A model generated the notes under the pieces. That model did no database searches, was not told the origin of the DNA, and worked only from the letters and a program-made list of their open reading frames with translations. A program made the position numbers and the translations under genes. DNA of 64,000 nucleotides from an uncultured cyanobacterium (GTDB lineage: Bacteria > Cyanobacteriota > Cyanobacteriia > Cyanobacteriales > CAWUOF01). This document shows, in pieces, positions 10,266 to 21,929 of the stretch (its first letter is position 1; each line of letters starts with the position of its first letter). Where the stretch lies: the NCBI GenBank assembly GCA_963744145.1, contig CAVUSO010000001.1, forward strand, positions 4,768,001 through 4,832,000, given 5' to 3'.

Positions 10266-11078
10266 ATGGACAAATTGCTCAAAGTTGTTGCTAGTATTAT
10301 CGCTATTTATCGCAAAGAACTCCAGAGTTATTTTGCTGCACCTACAGCTTTATTAATCGCAGGAGTTTTTTGGCTATTATCGGGTTTATTTTTGGTAGCT
10401 ATTTTGTTTGGTGATGGAGGTGTAATTGATCAAATTGCCTTAAGAGATCAGATGGGAATAACTACCCCACCAATTGATTTTCCTTATCAATTTATGCAAT
10501 TGTTTTTACTCAATGTACTAGCACCTCTTTCTTTGGTAATCTTACCAATGTTATCAATGGGACTTTATGCGGAAGAACGGAAACGGGGCACCTTAGAATT
10601 ATTAGCAACTTCCCCCATTACTAATTGGGCAGTTGCGATCGGTAAATTATTAGGAGTAGTAACTTTTTTTATTACCTTAATCCTCCCAGTATTGACGGGA
10701 GAAGCGATCGCTTTTAGTGCTGCTGATCCACCCATGTCTCCACTCATACCTCTAGTTGCTCATGGAGGATTAATTTTCATGGCTGCTAGTATTTTATCGT
10801 TAGGAATGTTTGTTTCCTCCCTCACAGAAAGCACTATTTTAGCAGCAATTCTCAGCTTTGCTTTAGTATCGGTATTGTGGATAATTGATGTCCTTGCTAA
10901 AAGCATGGGGGGAATTTATGGACAAGCATTAGCACATCTTTCTTTACTAAACCATTATACTAATCTCGTCAAAGGGATTGTGGATAGTAGTAGTTTAGTT
11001 TTATTTGCTAGCTATATAATTTTGGGCATATTTCTGACTGCTCAATATATTGAAACTTTACGTCATGGACGCTCTTAG
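10266..11078 (+). CDS. ABC-2 type permease (GldF-like)
   Basis: Multiple TM helices, AEERKRGTLELLATSP motif. Confidence 0.88.
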   Translation: MDKLLKVVASIIAIYRKELQSYFAAPTALLIAGVFWLLSGLFLVAILFGDGGVIDQIALRDQMGITTPPIDFPYQFMQLFLLNVLAPLSLVILPMLSMGLYAEERKRGTLELLATSPITNWAVAIGKLLGVVTFFITLILPVLTGEAIAFSAADPPMSPLIPLVAHGGLIFMAASILSLGMFVSSLTESTILAAILSFALVSVLWIIDVLAKSMGGIYGQALAHLSLLNHYTNLVKGIVDSSSLVLFASYIILGIFLTAQYIETLRHGRS

Positions 11079-12679
11079 TGGTGAGCAAAATGAAGACAAA
11101 TAAAATTAATTTCCGTGGGTTAAATAAATACGGGAAATATCTATTCTGGCTCGGTCCAATTTTCATAGTCATGGGAATAACCGCAGCAGTAGTCTCCGGA
11201 ACTTGGGATAATATCCCCCTCGGACTAATAATTACAGGTGCGGTAATTAGCGGATTATGGCTAATATTTTTAGAATATATTGAACAAGGATTTTGGGGAC
11301 GTCGTTCGACCAAAGCTGGAACAAATGCGATCGCATCTACTCTAGTAGTATTAGTGATTTTAGGTCTGGTCAATTTTCTCACTCTGCGCGATCCATTCCA
11401 TCTTGATCTCACCGATAATCAACAGCTCAGTCTTGCTCCTTTATCCCAGCAATTAGTCACCAATTTACCCCAACCAGCGAAAGTATGGATATTTCAATCC
11501 ACCATCCCTCCCCAGTTACAGGAATTACTAGCAAATTATCAACGTTTAAACCCCCAAAAATTTAGTTTTGAGTTAGTAGATCCCCAAGTTTCTCCTGCTC
11601 TAGCTCACCAAAATTTTGATGTTAAAGATGTGGGAGATGTCTATTTAGAATATAACCAAAAGCGACAATTTCTGGGCAGTTTAAAATCCCAGTCAATTTC
11701 CGAAGCAAAACTAACGAGCGGTTTAGAACAACTGATCAGTGGAAGACAAATTAAAATCTATTTTCTCTCCGGTCATGGAGAACGTTCTTTCACCAGTGGA
11801 GAAGGTGGATTTGCTCAAGCTGTTAATAGTCTCAAAGAAAAAAATTATCTAGTAGAAACCCTAAATTTAGCAGGAACCACAGCAGAAGTCCCTCAAGATA
11901 CCGCAGTGGTAGTAGTTGCTGGACCCAAACAAAGTTTATTTCCCGAGGAAGTCAAAGCATTAAATAATTATCTAAATCATGGTGGTGGGGTGTTGCTGAT
12001 GCTTGATCCTAACACTAAACCAGGTTTAGAGTCCTTATTCAAAGACTGGGGGATTCAATTAGATGAACGAATCGCGATCGACCCCACTAAATGGGTCAAG
12101 GGTTTTGGGATGTCTGCTCCCCTAGTCAATACTTATGGAGATCATCCCATTACTAAAGCTTTTGGCAAAGATTATTCACTCTTTCCTTCAGCTCGACCAA
12201 TCTATTTTATCCCAGCTCCTGGCATTAAAGCAACTCCTTTGTTGTTTACCAGTCCCCAAAGTTGGGCAACTAGCAATCTTAAACAAGGACCAAAATGGGA
12301 ATTTAATTCCCAACAAGATGTTAAAGGTCCTTTGGTGTTAGGATTAGCTCTAAGTCGTAATCTGACCAAAAGCGAATCCAATCAAGGTAATCAGTTAAAT
12401 CAAAAAGTTCCTGAATCCCGATTGGTGATTTTGGGAAATTCCGCTTTTGCTACAGATGGTTTATTTGGAGGTCGGTTAAATGGTGATGTCTTAATTAACT
12501 CAGCTACTTGGTTAAGTCAGGAAGATGATCAATTTCTTTCGATTCGTCCCCGAGAAGCCCCAAATCGTCGTCTCAATCTGACTCCCCCACAAGTTAAAAT
12601 CATCTGGTGGTGTGCGATCGTGATTTTTCCTCTCCTGGGATTTGGTGCTGCTGGACTACTTTGGTGGTATCGCCGATAA
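11078..12679 (+). CDS. GldG-family ABC auxiliary component
   Basis: DLT..Q..SL, YFLSGHGE, VVAGP, C-terminal TM ending WWYRR. Confidence 0.85.
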   Translation: MVSKMKTNKINFRGLNKYGKYLFWLGPIFIVMGITAAVVSGTWDNIPLGLIITGAVISGLWLIFLEYIEQGFWGRRSTKAGTNAIASTLVVLVILGLVNFLTLRDPFHLDLTDNQQLSLAPLSQQLVTNLPQPAKVWIFQSTIPPQLQELLANYQRLNPQKFSFELVDPQVSPALAHQNFDVKDVGDVYLEYNQKRQFLGSLKSQSISEAKLTSGLEQLISGRQIKIYFLSGHGERSFTSGEGGFAQAVNSLKEKNYLVETLNLAGTTAEVPQDTAVVVVAGPKQSLFPEEVKALNNYLNHGGGVLLMLDPNTKPGLESLFKDWGIQLDERIAIDPTKWVKGFGMSAPLVNTYGDHPITKAFGKDYSLFPSARPIYFIPAPGIKATPLLFTSPQSWATSNLKQGPKWEFNSQQDVKGPLVLGLALSRNLTKSESNQGNQLNQKVPESRLVILGNSAFATDGLFGGRLNGDVLINSATWLSQEDDQFLSIRPREAPNRRLNLTPPQVKIIWWCAIVIFPLLGFGAAGLLWWYRR

Positions 12680-12995
12680 AACAGATCAGGTTAATATTTG
12701 CGCTGTTTTCCTGGAAATAAATTGTGATTCCCGGTGCAAATACACAATGGAATTGAAAATTACCAATCTCCAGTGGCCAATTACCAGATGTCCCCAAGAA
12801 TTAATTTCAGGAAAAATTATTTATGAGTTGAATCACTCTTATTAATCACCCTGATTTAATTTTAATAATTTTTACCATTAAATCTCGGTAAGTTTGTTTA
12901 CTATTTAATTATGAGGTTATCCTCATTTGTATACCTATATTTTATTTTTTAAATGAAGTTTAGGTAAACCTTAGTCACCTATTTGTAAAGTTTGG

Positions 12996-15476
12996 ATGAA
13001 AACAAACCACCTATTTATGGTTTACTCAACCCTCAAAGCTTTGGTGAAAAAGCGATTGACTCCCTTAGTGCGATCGTCTCAAGTTTTGACAGTGATGAGT
13101 AACTTCATCCTATCTTTAATCCTTTCACAGGGACTAGGAGCTCAAGCAAATGATCGGGTTACTAACCAGAATATACTGACAAAAAGTAATCTATGTTGTG
13201 ATGAAATTTTCCGAACACCAGAATTACCAAGACTTAACCCCTTATACCAATTTTTGATGAGGGTGCAGAGAATTGATCCCCCCAACCCCCTTCTTAAGGG
13301 GGAGCATGAATTTAAAGTGCCCCTTCTTAAGGGGGAGCATGAATTTAAAGTCCCCCTTCTTAAGGGGGAGCATGAATTTAAAGTGCCCCTTCTTAAGGGG
13401 GATTTAGGGGGATCTAGCTCTATGCAACTTCACATTAAATTCGTATTAGTGAGTGAGTATCCTCCCGATCACCAACTCAATCAAGTCGGGTTTCCCAAAA
13501 AAATCTTCAATGACAATGAGTTAACCGGGCAACTCCAACTTTGGTTAAATAAAACTTTACTTATTGTAAAGCAATCTGATTTGATCAAGGTGATCCTGAT
13601 TTCTGGTTGTCTAGTGTTTTTTTTATGGATGAGAAAAACTAATTTTCAGCTAGATCTGAATGAACTGAAAAATACCCAAGCAGCATTACGTCAAAGTGAA
13701 GAACGAATGCGATCGCTTTTCAACGCAATCCCAGACGTAATTTTTCGTCAACGAATCGATCAGACCGATTTAGACTTCCTGAGCAAACCCAGTGACTTCA
13801 TCATCCAATCTGAACAATTGGGGGAGAGTAATTTGTGTGATCTACCCTTGAATGAAGAAATTAAAAATCAATTAAGAGAATTTTTTAAAAAAGCGATCGC
13901 TACCGGAGAATTGCAAACCTGTGAATACGAATTAACCCAAAATGATCAACTGTATAACTATGAAGCGCGGATTGTGAAGAGTGGTGTGGATGAAGTTATT
14001 TGTATTGTCCGCGATATTACTAAACGTAAACAGGTCGAAGAATCTCTCCGAGCTAGTCAACATTTTATCAAAAGTATCACGGATGCTATTCCTAATCTTC
14101 TCTATATTTATGATCTAATTGAAGAACGTAATGTTTATATAAATCGAGCGATCGAAACAGTGCTTGGTTATACAGTAGAAGAAATTAAAAAAATGGAAAC
14201 TATCTTTTTACCATCGCTAATCCACCCAGAAGATATTAACAAAGTAGTAGGTGAACATAAAAAAAGATTTAGCACGGCTAAAGTCGGTGATATTATTGAA
14301 ATTGAATATCGCATCAAACATAAAAATAATCAATGGCGTTGGGTTTCTAGTCGGGAGTCTATTTTTAGTAAAACTACAACTGGGGAACCCAAACAGATTA
14401 TTGGAATTATTAAAGATATTACTATCCGGAAACAGACAGAAGAAGCGCTGCAACAAGCCAATAAAAAATTAATTTTACAAGTCAACGAATTAGAAGATCG
14501 GAATGAAGAAATAACCTTACTGAGTCATATGAGCGATTTACTGCAAACTTGCTTGACTTGTGAAGAAGCTTGTAAAGTAATTGCTCAATTTATCACGCTT
14601 TTATTCCCTCAAAATTCTGGAGGGATTTTTATGATTAGCAATTCGCGAAATATAGTTGAAGCAATTAATACTTGGGGCACAAATTTAACGACACAAACAA
14701 TTTTTTCCACGAATGAATGTATTGCTTTACGTCGTGGTCAACCCCATTTATTTGACGAGGCTAATAGTGGTTTAGTCTGTAAACATATCCATCCAGATTC
14801 TTTTCCTAGTGCTTATTTCTGTATCCCGATGATGGCTCAAGGAGAAGCGATCGGCACCTTGTATTTAAGTTTTCAAGAACCGGGACAATTAACCAAAACT
14901 AAAAAACATTTAGCAGTGACGGTATCGCGACAAATATCCTTAGCTTTAGCTAACTTAAAATTACATGAAACCCTTCAGCAACAGAGTATTCGTGATCCCC
15001 TAACCGGATTATTTAATCGTCGTTATTTAGAAGAATCTCTCGAACGAGAATTAAATCGAGCCGAGCGAAAACAGCAATCTCTCGGAGTAATTATGCTCGA
15101 TGTTGATCATTTTAAACGCTTTAATGATACCTTTGGTCACGAAGCTGGTGATGCGGTATTGCGGGAGTTAGGAATATTTTTGCAAAAACATATACGTGTC
15201 TCTGATATTGCTTGTCGTTATGGAGGTGAAGAGTTAACCCTCATCCTCCCAGAAGCATCTTTAGAAGATACGATGGAACGCGCTGAAAAACTTCGTCAAG
15301 GTGTGAAATATTTGAATGTCCATTATCGTCGTCAACCACTTGGTGGGATTACTCTTTCCTTGGGAATTGCGATGTTCCCTCAACATGGGTTAACGAGTGA
15401 AAGTGTGATTCGTGCTGCTGATGTCGCTTTATATCGTGCTAAAGCTGCTGGACGCGATCGGGTGGTGACAGCTTAG
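12996..15476 (+). CDS. PAS-PAS-GAF-GGDEF diguanylate cyclase
   Basis: PAS/PAC motifs (RDITKRKQ.EE), GAF, RDPLTGLFNRRY, DVDHFKRFNDTFGH, RYGGEEL. Confidence 0.92.
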   Translation: MKTNHLFMVYSTLKALVKKRLTPLVRSSQVLTVMSNFILSLILSQGLGAQANDRVTNQNILTKSNLCCDEIFRTPELPRLNPLYQFLMRVQRIDPPNPLLKGEHEFKVPLLKGEHEFKVPLLKGEHEFKVPLLKGDLGGSSSMQLHIKFVLVSEYPPDHQLNQVGFPKKIFNDNELTGQLQLWLNKTLLIVKQSDLIKVILISGCLVFFLWMRKTNFQLDLNELKNTQAALRQSEERMRSLFNAIPDVIFRQRIDQTDLDFLSKPSDFIIQSEQLGESNLCDLPLNEEIKNQLREFFKKAIATGELQTCEYELTQNDQLYNYEARIVKSGVDEVICIVRDITKRKQVEESLRASQHFIKSITDAIPNLLYIYDLIEERNVYINRAIETVLGYTVEEIKKMETIFLPSLIHPEDINKVVGEHKKRFSTAKVGDIIEIEYRIKHKNNQWRWVSSRESIFSKTTTGEPKQIIGIIKDITIRKQTEEALQQANKKLILQVNELEDRNEEITLLSHMSDLLQTCLTCEEACKVIAQFITLLFPQNSGGIFMISNSRNIVEAINTWGTNLTTQTIFSTNECIALRRGQPHLFDEANSGLVCKHIHPDSFPSAYFCIPMMAQGEAIGTLYLSFQEPGQLTKTKKHLAVTVSRQISLALANLKLHETLQQQSIRDPLTGLFNRRYLEESLERELNRAERKQQSLGVIMLDVDHFKRFNDTFGHEAGDAVLRELGIFLQKHIRVSDIACRYGGEELTLILPEASLEDTMERAEKLRQGVKYLNVHYRRQPLGGITLSLGIAMFPQHGLTSESVIRAADVALYRAKAAGRDRVVTA
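13243..13448. mobile_element. MITE-like element inserted in frame in the cyclase gene, with an internal 33-bp triplication
   Basis: Imperfect terminal inverted repeats (ataccaattt..gtgca / tgcaacttcacattaaattcgtat); 3x cccttcttaagggggagcatgaatttaaagt; translates as PPNPLLKGE...LLKGDLGGS. Confidence 0.7.
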
Positions 15477-15715
15477 TCAATTAAACCAAAAATATCCTCT
15501 AATTACCAACAGTGCTTTTCCCTCAATCCGAGCATTCCCTTGGTAATTGATAAGTAAAATTGATGAATTTTGGCTAAATATCATATTGCACTTGGGGAGA
15601 AACCTGTTATAGTTGTGCTAGGATTTTTGAGCGATGTCCTTTGATTATTAAGAAAAGTCAAGGGTAAAATCGCTCAATTTTGATCAATTAAATGTAATTA
15701 ATTTCCCAAGACAAG

Positions 15716-16573
15716 ATGGTTAATTCTGTTGAACAAACCGCGCTAGAAACATCCAATCTAGAAGAATATTCATCCTCGACAATTAGCCCACAACTACTGT
15801 TTTTACTCAAGCTAATTGAGAATTTTTCCCTAGCAGCATTTATTGGTGCATTGGTTCTGAAAACGCTAGTTCCAGAAACTGAATTGATTCTGATCTGGGC
15901 TTCGATATTTCTGTCTGTGTTTATTTTTTTATTTCTGACTAATAAGAAACTAAATCAGAAGTACCAGGAAACCCAAAAGCAATTAGAGTTTGTGAGAAAA
16001 GCTGAACTGTACTTATTAAACTCCGGTGAGTCATTTAGCACCATTTCCTTAATTAAAGCCCGAGAAAATGCTTTACGTTATACTCAGGAATTGATCGATG
16101 ACTATAAACAAGTTCGCGAATTCTCTAGAAACACTTACTACATTTTTCAGCTAGCAACCGTGGTGCTATCAGGAATCACACCAATTTTAGTGTTGGTAGA
16201 TAAATTAGAAGCTAATCAATCATGGCTGAAGTGGTTACCTGTAATCTGTCCAGCTATTGCGTCGATCGTAGCTAGTATTGTGACATCTTTTCCGTTTCAA
16301 AAAAATTGGTTTAATGCTAATAAGGCAGTTGAGTTGTTGGAAGCAGAACAGGAGAAATTTATCCTGGGCGTAACTCCTGTTTATAGTTCCTACAGTACCA
16401 CTGATGATCCCCAACGTCAACAAAAATCTCTCCAAGCAGTAGAAAATTTTATTATTCAAGTGAATAACATTCATTTGAAGCTGGTCGAAAATCCTGGAGA
16501 TCGAACACAGGTGAAGGAAGAACCTCAAGAAGAGAAAAAGGAAGAGGAAAGCTCATCGAGTGGGCAAAAATAA
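15716..16573 (+). CDS. DUF4231 (SLATT-like) membrane protein
   Basis: Paired TM helices, FQ..W...K..E.L..E.EKF motif. Confidence 0.7.
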   Translation: MVNSVEQTALETSNLEEYSSSTISPQLLFLLKLIENFSLAAFIGALVLKTLVPETELILIWASIFLSVFIFLFLTNKKLNQKYQETQKQLEFVRKAELYLLNSGESFSTISLIKARENALRYTQELIDDYKQVREFSRNTYYIFQLATVVLSGITPILVLVDKLEANQSWLKWLPVICPAIASIVASIVTSFPFQKNWFNANKAVELLEAEQEKFILGVTPVYSSYSTTDDPQRQQKSLQAVENFIIQVNNIHLKLVENPGDRTQVKEEPQEEKKEEESSSSGQK

Positions 16574-16658
16574 CACTTCACTCGCTACCGAATGAGGGTC
16601 AGGGTATTGCTCAACTCAAAGTTGGGACAGTACCCTGACCAATCAAGTTGGGATGAAA

Positions 16659-16835
16659 CTAAACTCGGATTAATCGGCTCAATATGCCCATCGCGATCGC
16701 TAATAAAATTAATAACCAGAGGATATAACCGGGTAAAAACGTGATGATGCCAAAACCTCTTAATAACCAATAAAGTAGGGTAATGACAACTAAAATTAAA
16801 AATATTAAGGTTACTGGGGAGCGATTGGTGTTCAC
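16659..16835 (-). CDS. Small 58-aa two-TM membrane protein (absent from the ORF track)
   Basis: AGGAG RBS 8 nt before GTG; (V)NTNRSPVTLIFLILVVITLLYWLLRGFGIITFLPGYILWLLILLAIAMGILSRLIRV*. Confidence 0.75.
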   Translation of the reverse strand: MNTNRSPVTLIFLILVVITLLYWLLRGFGIITFLPGYILWLLILLAIAMGILSRLIRV

Positions 16836-17065
16836 AAATTTTTCTCCTGATTGAGCTGAACAAAAAATAAATTGTTTGTTTTTTTAATAAATTTATCCAA
16901 CTTTAGGAAATATTTATCATAAATTTATAATCTTTGGATGGAAATTTACTAAATTGGTGATTAAACACCTGAATCTAGTCATTAGTAGCTGAATATAATC
17001 TTAGTATTCAATGGATGGTATTCTCAGCTAAATAGTATCAGTTCCTGCAAATTGGGATCAGCAAA

Positions 17066-17632
17066 ATGACTGGATCTACGTTGAGTTCCATAAATTTAGT
17101 CAAGGATGGAGAGTTTTCCCAAACTGATCGAAAATCACTCCTCCAGGGAGAAATATTACTTTGCACCAGAGACCATTCAGCTTGGGGTGGGGCAGTAACA
17201 GCAAGAATGTATTTGCCCATAGCCCGTCAGCTAGCTTGGGTGCATCTGACTAATTATCCTCGATGGGTACAATATTTTCCAGATTTGTTATGTTCAGAGG
17301 TTTTAAACCGAGGAGACGAACGTAATCAAAACAGTAAACAACTTTACCAAGTAGCTAGTAAAGCTTTTCTATTTTTTACCGCTCAGGTAGAAATATATGT
17401 GAAAGTTTTTGAAATCTTATATCAGCAAGTACAATTTCAATTTGAGAAAGGTAGTTTTTCAGACTTTACTGCCAATTTAAACCTCCAAGATTGGGGTAAT
17501 GGGACTTTAATTATCTATAGCGTACAAGCTACTCCCTGTTTTCCTGTACCTTCATTTTTGATCCAACAAGCGATCAACCTAGAATTACCAGCAAATCTAC
17601 GTCAAATGCGTCAAGTTATTTGTAATAGTTAA
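17066..17632 (+). CDS. SRPBCC/polyketide cyclase-like protein
   Basis: GGAVTA.MYLP...W..LTNYPRWVQYFPD, LPANLRQMR. Confidence 0.8.
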   Translation: MTGSTLSSINLVKDGEFSQTDRKSLLQGEILLCTRDHSAWGGAVTARMYLPIARQLAWVHLTNYPRWVQYFPDLLCSEVLNRGDERNQNSKQLYQVASKAFLFFTAQVEIYVKVFEILYQQVQFQFEKGSFSDFTANLNLQDWGNGTLIIYSVQATPCFPVPSFLIQQAINLELPANLRQMRQVICNS

Positions 17633-17692
17633 ATTTGCTGTTACTTGTTTGAGTATGTAGTTATAATTTGCTAGTCTAGCTCAAACCGTTGT

Positions 17693-18433
17693 ATGAACTT
17701 AATTCACCCCAATTGCCATTGGCTCAAACGTAATCGTGATCGTTTTTTTACTGGGTTGTCACTCCTCTTTTTATGCAATCCAATTTCTGCTCTAGCTCAG
17801 TCCAAGATATTACCTAATGATCCCTCTAACAGCGATCGCTTGAGCCAAATGTTTTCTCCCGATATTCAGGGAACAATGGGTGCTTGTTGGGATCATGGAA
17901 AACCGAATCTAGCTGCGGGTGCTAATGAGAATGGAGCACTAATTTGTAGTGATGGTTCCCCTCATCAATCGGTTAAGTTTAACGAATACACGGAAACTAT
18001 TTCTGATTTCTTTGCGGCTAGTTTTCTGATTGGTATGCGTTCAGTAGTATCGACTAATTCTCAAGTCACACCGACCATATTAGCAAATTATTTTAATAGT
18101 GAGAAAGGACAAGATTTTTTTCGTCAATCATTAGAAAGCTCCCTCGAATCTAGCAAAGTATTACCACCAAATGATCACGAATCAATTCGCATTTTAGTTG
18201 ACAACATCATGCAGCGAAGTCAACCAATTTTAGTCAATCCTAATGCTTTCAATAATTTATTAGGTACAACGGAGCAATATCAAGAAGTCGTCCAAAAATT
18301 TTGCACCCCTCCAGGAATGTCTGTCCGACAAGCTCAAATACAATTACCCCAACTCAATTCGATTCAACTTTATGCTATCTGTCTAAAAGAATCTGGATTA
18401 GTAGATAATTTGACTAGGATCGAAAAAAAATAA
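17693..18433 (+). CDS. Hypothetical exported protein
   Basis: 246-aa ORF with signal-peptide-like segment (ALA-Q) and Cys pairs. Confidence 0.6.
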   Translation: MNLIHPNCHWLKRNRDRFFTGLSLLFLCNPISALAQSKILPNDPSNSDRLSQMFSPDIQGTMGACWDHGKPNLAAGANENGALICSDGSPHQSVKFNEYTETISDFFAASFLIGMRSVVSTNSQVTPTILANYFNSEKGQDFFRQSLESSLESSKVLPPNDHESIRILVDNIMQRSQPILVNPNAFNNLLGTTEQYQEVVQKFCTPPGMSVRQAQIQLPQLNSIQLYAICLKESGLVDNLTRIEKK

Positions 18434-18436
18434 TAG

Positions 18437-18463
18437 TAGAGACGTTCCGGTGGAACGTCTCTA
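18437..18463. terminator. 12-bp hairpin between convergent genes (REP-like or bidirectional terminator)
   Basis: tagagacgttcc-ggt-ggaacgtctcta. Confidence 0.6.
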
Positions 18464-18474
18464 GTCAAATTTAT

Positions 18475-21099
18475 CTATAACTGAGTTGTTATTAACTCAA
18501 TTGGTAAGCGTTTAAAAAAGAGACGTTCATTAGCAACATCAACAAATATGGTATCTCCATCATTGAATTCTCCCCGTAATATGGCTTTAGCAATTTGAGT
18601 TTCTAACTCTCGTTGAATTGCACGTTTTAGAGGTCGGGCACCGAAAACTGGATCATAACCAACTTCTACTAAAAAGTCGATCGCAGCTTCCGCAAGTTTT
18701 AGAGACATATGGCGATCGCTGAGTCTTTTTTCCAACCGAGAAACTTGGATTTTGACAATTTGTCGTAATTCATTCCGAGCTAAACTATGGAAAATAATTA
18801 CTTCATCAATCCGATTCAAAAACTCTGGACGGAAACTCACTCTCATTTCTTCCATCACCCTAGCGCTCATCTGCTCATATTGAGCATCATCTCCACCCAT
18901 ATCTAAAATATAACGTGAGCCGATATTACTGGTCATAATAATAATCGCATTCTTAAAGTCTACCGTATGCCCTTGAGCATCCGTGACGCGACCATCATCC
19001 AGAATTTGCAGCATCACATTAAATACATCAGCATGAGCTTTTTCAATCTCATCAAACAAAATTACCGCATAAGGACGACGACGAATTGCTTCCGTTAATT
19101 GACCTCCCTCATCATAACCGACATAACCTGGAGGGGCACCAATTAATCGGGAAACTGCGTGTTTCTCCATATATTCAGACATATCGATTCGTACTAATGC
19201 TTCTTCAGTATCAAATAGATATGCAGCGATCGCTTTAGCTAACTCAGTTTTTCCGACTCCCGTTGGACCGAGGAAAATAAAACTCGCGACCGGTCGATTG
19301 GGATCAGCTAAACCAGCACGCGATCGCTGAATTGCATCAGCGACTGCGGTCACTGCTTCATTTTGACCAATGACTCGACGATGTAATTCATCTTCTAAAT
19401 GTAAGAGTTTTTCTTTTTCCGATTCGACTAATTTGCTGATCGGAATCCCTGTCCATTTAGAAATAATTTCGGCAATATCTGATTCAGTTACCTCTTCCCG
19501 TAACAGAGATTTTCCTGTTGTTTGTACTTGGGATAATTGCGTTTCTGCTGCTTCTAATTGTCGGTGTAAATCAGTTAATTTGCCATATTTTAACTCAGCG
19601 GCACGATTCAGATCATAATCTCTTTCTGCTTGACCGATTTCCACATTCACTCGATCAATTTCTTCTTTAATCATCTGAATTTTGTTGATTACATCTTTTT
19701 CTGATTGCCATTGAGAACTCAAATGTAGTTGTTCTTCTTTTAAATTAGCTAAGTCTTTTTCTAGTCTTTCTAATCTTTCCAAAGAAGCAGAATTACTTTC
19801 TTTTTGCAGGGATAGTTTCTCCATTTCTAATTGGAGAATTTTGCGATCGATTTCATCTAATTCTTCCGGTTTAGAAGTAATCTCCATTTTCAACCGAGCC
19901 GCAGCTTCATCGACCAAATCGATCGCTTTATCAGGAAGAAACCGATCGCTAATATACCGAGTAGACAAAGTAGCGGCTGCAACTAAAGAACTATCAGAAA
20001 TTTTCACCCCATGATGAACTTCATAACGTTCTTTCAAACCCCGCAAAATTGAAATAGTATCTTCGACACTGGGTTGATCAACATAAACCTGCTGAAAACG
20101 ACGTTCTAAAGCAGCATCTTTTTCGATATATTTGCGATATTCATCTAAAGTAGTAGCCCCAATACAACGCAATTCACCTCGGGCTAACATCGGTTTAAGT
20201 AAATTCCCAGCATCCATTGCTCCTTGAGTAGCACCAGCACCGACCACGGTATGAATTTCATCAATAAACATGATGATCTGTCCCCGGGAGTCAGTCACTT
20301 CTTTCAGAACAGCTTTCAACCGCTCTTCAAATTCTCCTCGGAATTTAGCACCAGCAATTAAAGCACCGAGATCCAACGCGATTAGTTTCCGATCCTTGAG
20401 GGATTGGGGTACATCTCCAGTAATAATTCTTTGAGCTAATCCTTCAGCGATCGCGGTTTTTCCGACCCCAGGTTCCCCAATCAGGACGGGATTATTTTTA
20501 GTTCGACGGGAGAGAATCTGAATTGTCCGTCTAATTTCATCATCTCTACCAATTACCGGGTCTAATTTCCCTTGTCGAGCAGCTTCAGTTAAATCACGAC
20601 CATATTTTTCTAATGATTGGTATTTCCCCTCGGGATTTTGGTCAGTCACTTTTTGGCTCCCCCGGATTTGTTCGATCGCATTTTTGAGCTTCTTTTCATC
20701 GAGCTTAAATTCTTGAAATAAAGCTCTCCCAAAGCGTTCATCTTTATGATAAGCCAACAAAAGATGCTCAATCGAAATGAATTCATCTCCATATTCTTGT
20801 CGATGGGCTTCGGCCCGATCCAGCAAACTATCGAGACTACGTCCCAAATAAACTGAACTACTAGCACCACTAATTTTCGGCTGACGATTGATAAATTCCT
20901 CTGTCCGATCGCGCATCCGCTCGACCTGAACCCCCACCTTGGCAAAAATATTACTCGCTAGTCCATCTTGTTCTAGGAGCGACTTCATCAGATGTTCACT
21001 TTCTAACTGTTGCTGTTGTGCTTGTTTAGCAAGATCCGGAGTCCGAACTATCGATTCCCAGGCTTTTTCAGTAAATTGATTCGGGTTAGTTGGTTGCAT
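18475..21099 (-). CDS. clpB: ATP-dependent chaperone ClpB
   Basis: Two AAA+ modules ([16 protein letters not shown]), middle coiled-coil, [18 protein letters not shown]. Confidence 0.98.
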   Translation of the reverse strand: MQPTNPNQFTEKAWESIVRTPDLAKQAQQQQLESEHLMKSLLEQDGLASNIFAKVGVQVERMRDRTEEFINRQPKISGASSSVYLGRSLDSLLDRAEAHRQEYGDEFISIEHLLLAYHKDERFGRALFQEFKLDEKKLKNAIEQIRGSQKVTDQNPEGKYQSLEKYGRDLTEAARQGKLDPVIGRDDEIRRTIQILSRRTKNNPVLIGEPGVGKTAIAEGLAQRIITGDVPQSLKDRKLIALDLGALIAGAKFRGEFEERLKAVLKEVTDSRGQIIMFIDEIHTVVGAGATQGAMDAGNLLKPMLARGELRCIGATTLDEYRKYIEKDAALERRFQQVYVDQPSVEDTISILRGLKERYEVHHGVKISDSSLVAAATLSTRYISDRFLPDKAIDLVDEAAARLKMEITSKPEELDEIDRKILQLEMEKLSLQKESNSASLERLERLEKDLANLKEEQLHLSSQWQSEKDVINKIQMIKEEIDRVNVEIGQAERDYDLNRAAELKYGKLTDLHRQLEAAETQLSQVQTTGKSLLREEVTESDIAEIISKWTGIPISKLVESEKEKLLHLEDELHRRVIGQNEAVTAVADAIQRSRAGLADPNRPVASFIFLGPTGVGKTELAKAIAAYLFDTEEALVRIDMSEYMEKHAVSRLIGAPPGYVGYDEGGQLTEAIRRRPYAVILFDEIEKAHADVFNVMLQILDDGRVTDAQGHTVDFKNAIIIMTSNIGSRYILDMGGDDAQYEQMSARVMEEMRVSFRPEFLNRIDEVIIFHSLARNELRQIVKIQVSRLEKRLSDRHMSLKLAEAAIDFLVEVGYDPVFGARPLKRAIQRELETQIAKAILRGEFNDGDTIFVDVANERLFFKRLPIELITTQL

Positions 21100-21465
21100 G
21101 GTTTGAGTCTTATTTCTATTTCAGTATCGCTTAGGAATGAAAAATGGTTTTAGTTCGTAGTAAGCGCTTACTACAAGCAAGCTATCTTCTGGATTAAATT
21201 GTATGAAGATCAGCCGATCGCTGTGGATCGGTCTTTACGAAACTATCATTCACAATCTCCGTCTGGGCCGATCGCCAATCTGATCCGATCGCCTTCAACC
21301 CCGCAACTTTTTGGTTTTAGTGGTCAATATTTGGAGATATTGGGGGGAGATCGCATTTAGTTCCGCAAGTCAAGAGCTAATTTTTCTTGGAGTGGCCAGA
21401 TATTTAGAGAGTTATGGAAGGTGATTACTATTAAAATAGTGTTAATACTTAACCTTGATTAAACT

Positions 21466-21816
21466 ATGACTACGCCATCCATGCCCCAACCTGAACTTGA
21501 GTCTAAAAAAATTACTCTTGAGCAATATCACGCCTATTCACCAGAGAAAATAGAACTAATAGATGGTTTATATGGTTTTTGTTATTATAAAGAGGAAATC
21601 ATCAAAGGTTTTTATCTGGCGATGTTGACTAATATGGGTTTAAAGAAAGCCATTCGTTATTTACCACTTTCTTCTTGGTTAGAGGCGATTCAGACGATCG
21701 CATCAAACGATCCGAAGTTAAATTTCGATGATGAGGTAAGTGAAGCGATGCTCAACAGATTCAACCGAGGGTTAGCAGATTTGCAAGTAGTTGCATCTTA
21801 TTTAGAAGAGAAATAG
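21466..21816 (+). CDS. Hypothetical protein (N-terminus resembles Uma2-like T.EQY...PEKIELIDG)
   Basis: 116-aa ORF. Confidence 0.6.
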   Translation: MTTPSMPQPELESKKITLEQYHAYSPEKIELIDGLYGFCYYKEEIIKGFYLAMLTNMGLKKAIRYLPLSSWLEAIQTIASNDPKLNFDDEVSEAMLNRFNRGLADLQVVASYLEEK

Positions 21817-21848
21817 CAAGAATTGAGAATCTAGAAAATGGCGATCGC
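21778..21848 (+). repeat. 71-bp direct repeat, copy 1 (ends in HIP1)
   Basis: 69/71 identical to 23404-23474. Confidence 0.9.
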
Positions 21849-21929
21849 ATCTTACCCAAACTAATATCCGGAGAAATTCGGGTTAAAGACGCCGAATGAA
21901 CCCCGCATCCTTTATCACGGAGATCGACT

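Noticed and set aside
16585..16863. 92-aa minus-strand ORF from the track
   Set aside because: The overlapping frame 16659-16835 has an RBS and a convincing membrane-protein pattern
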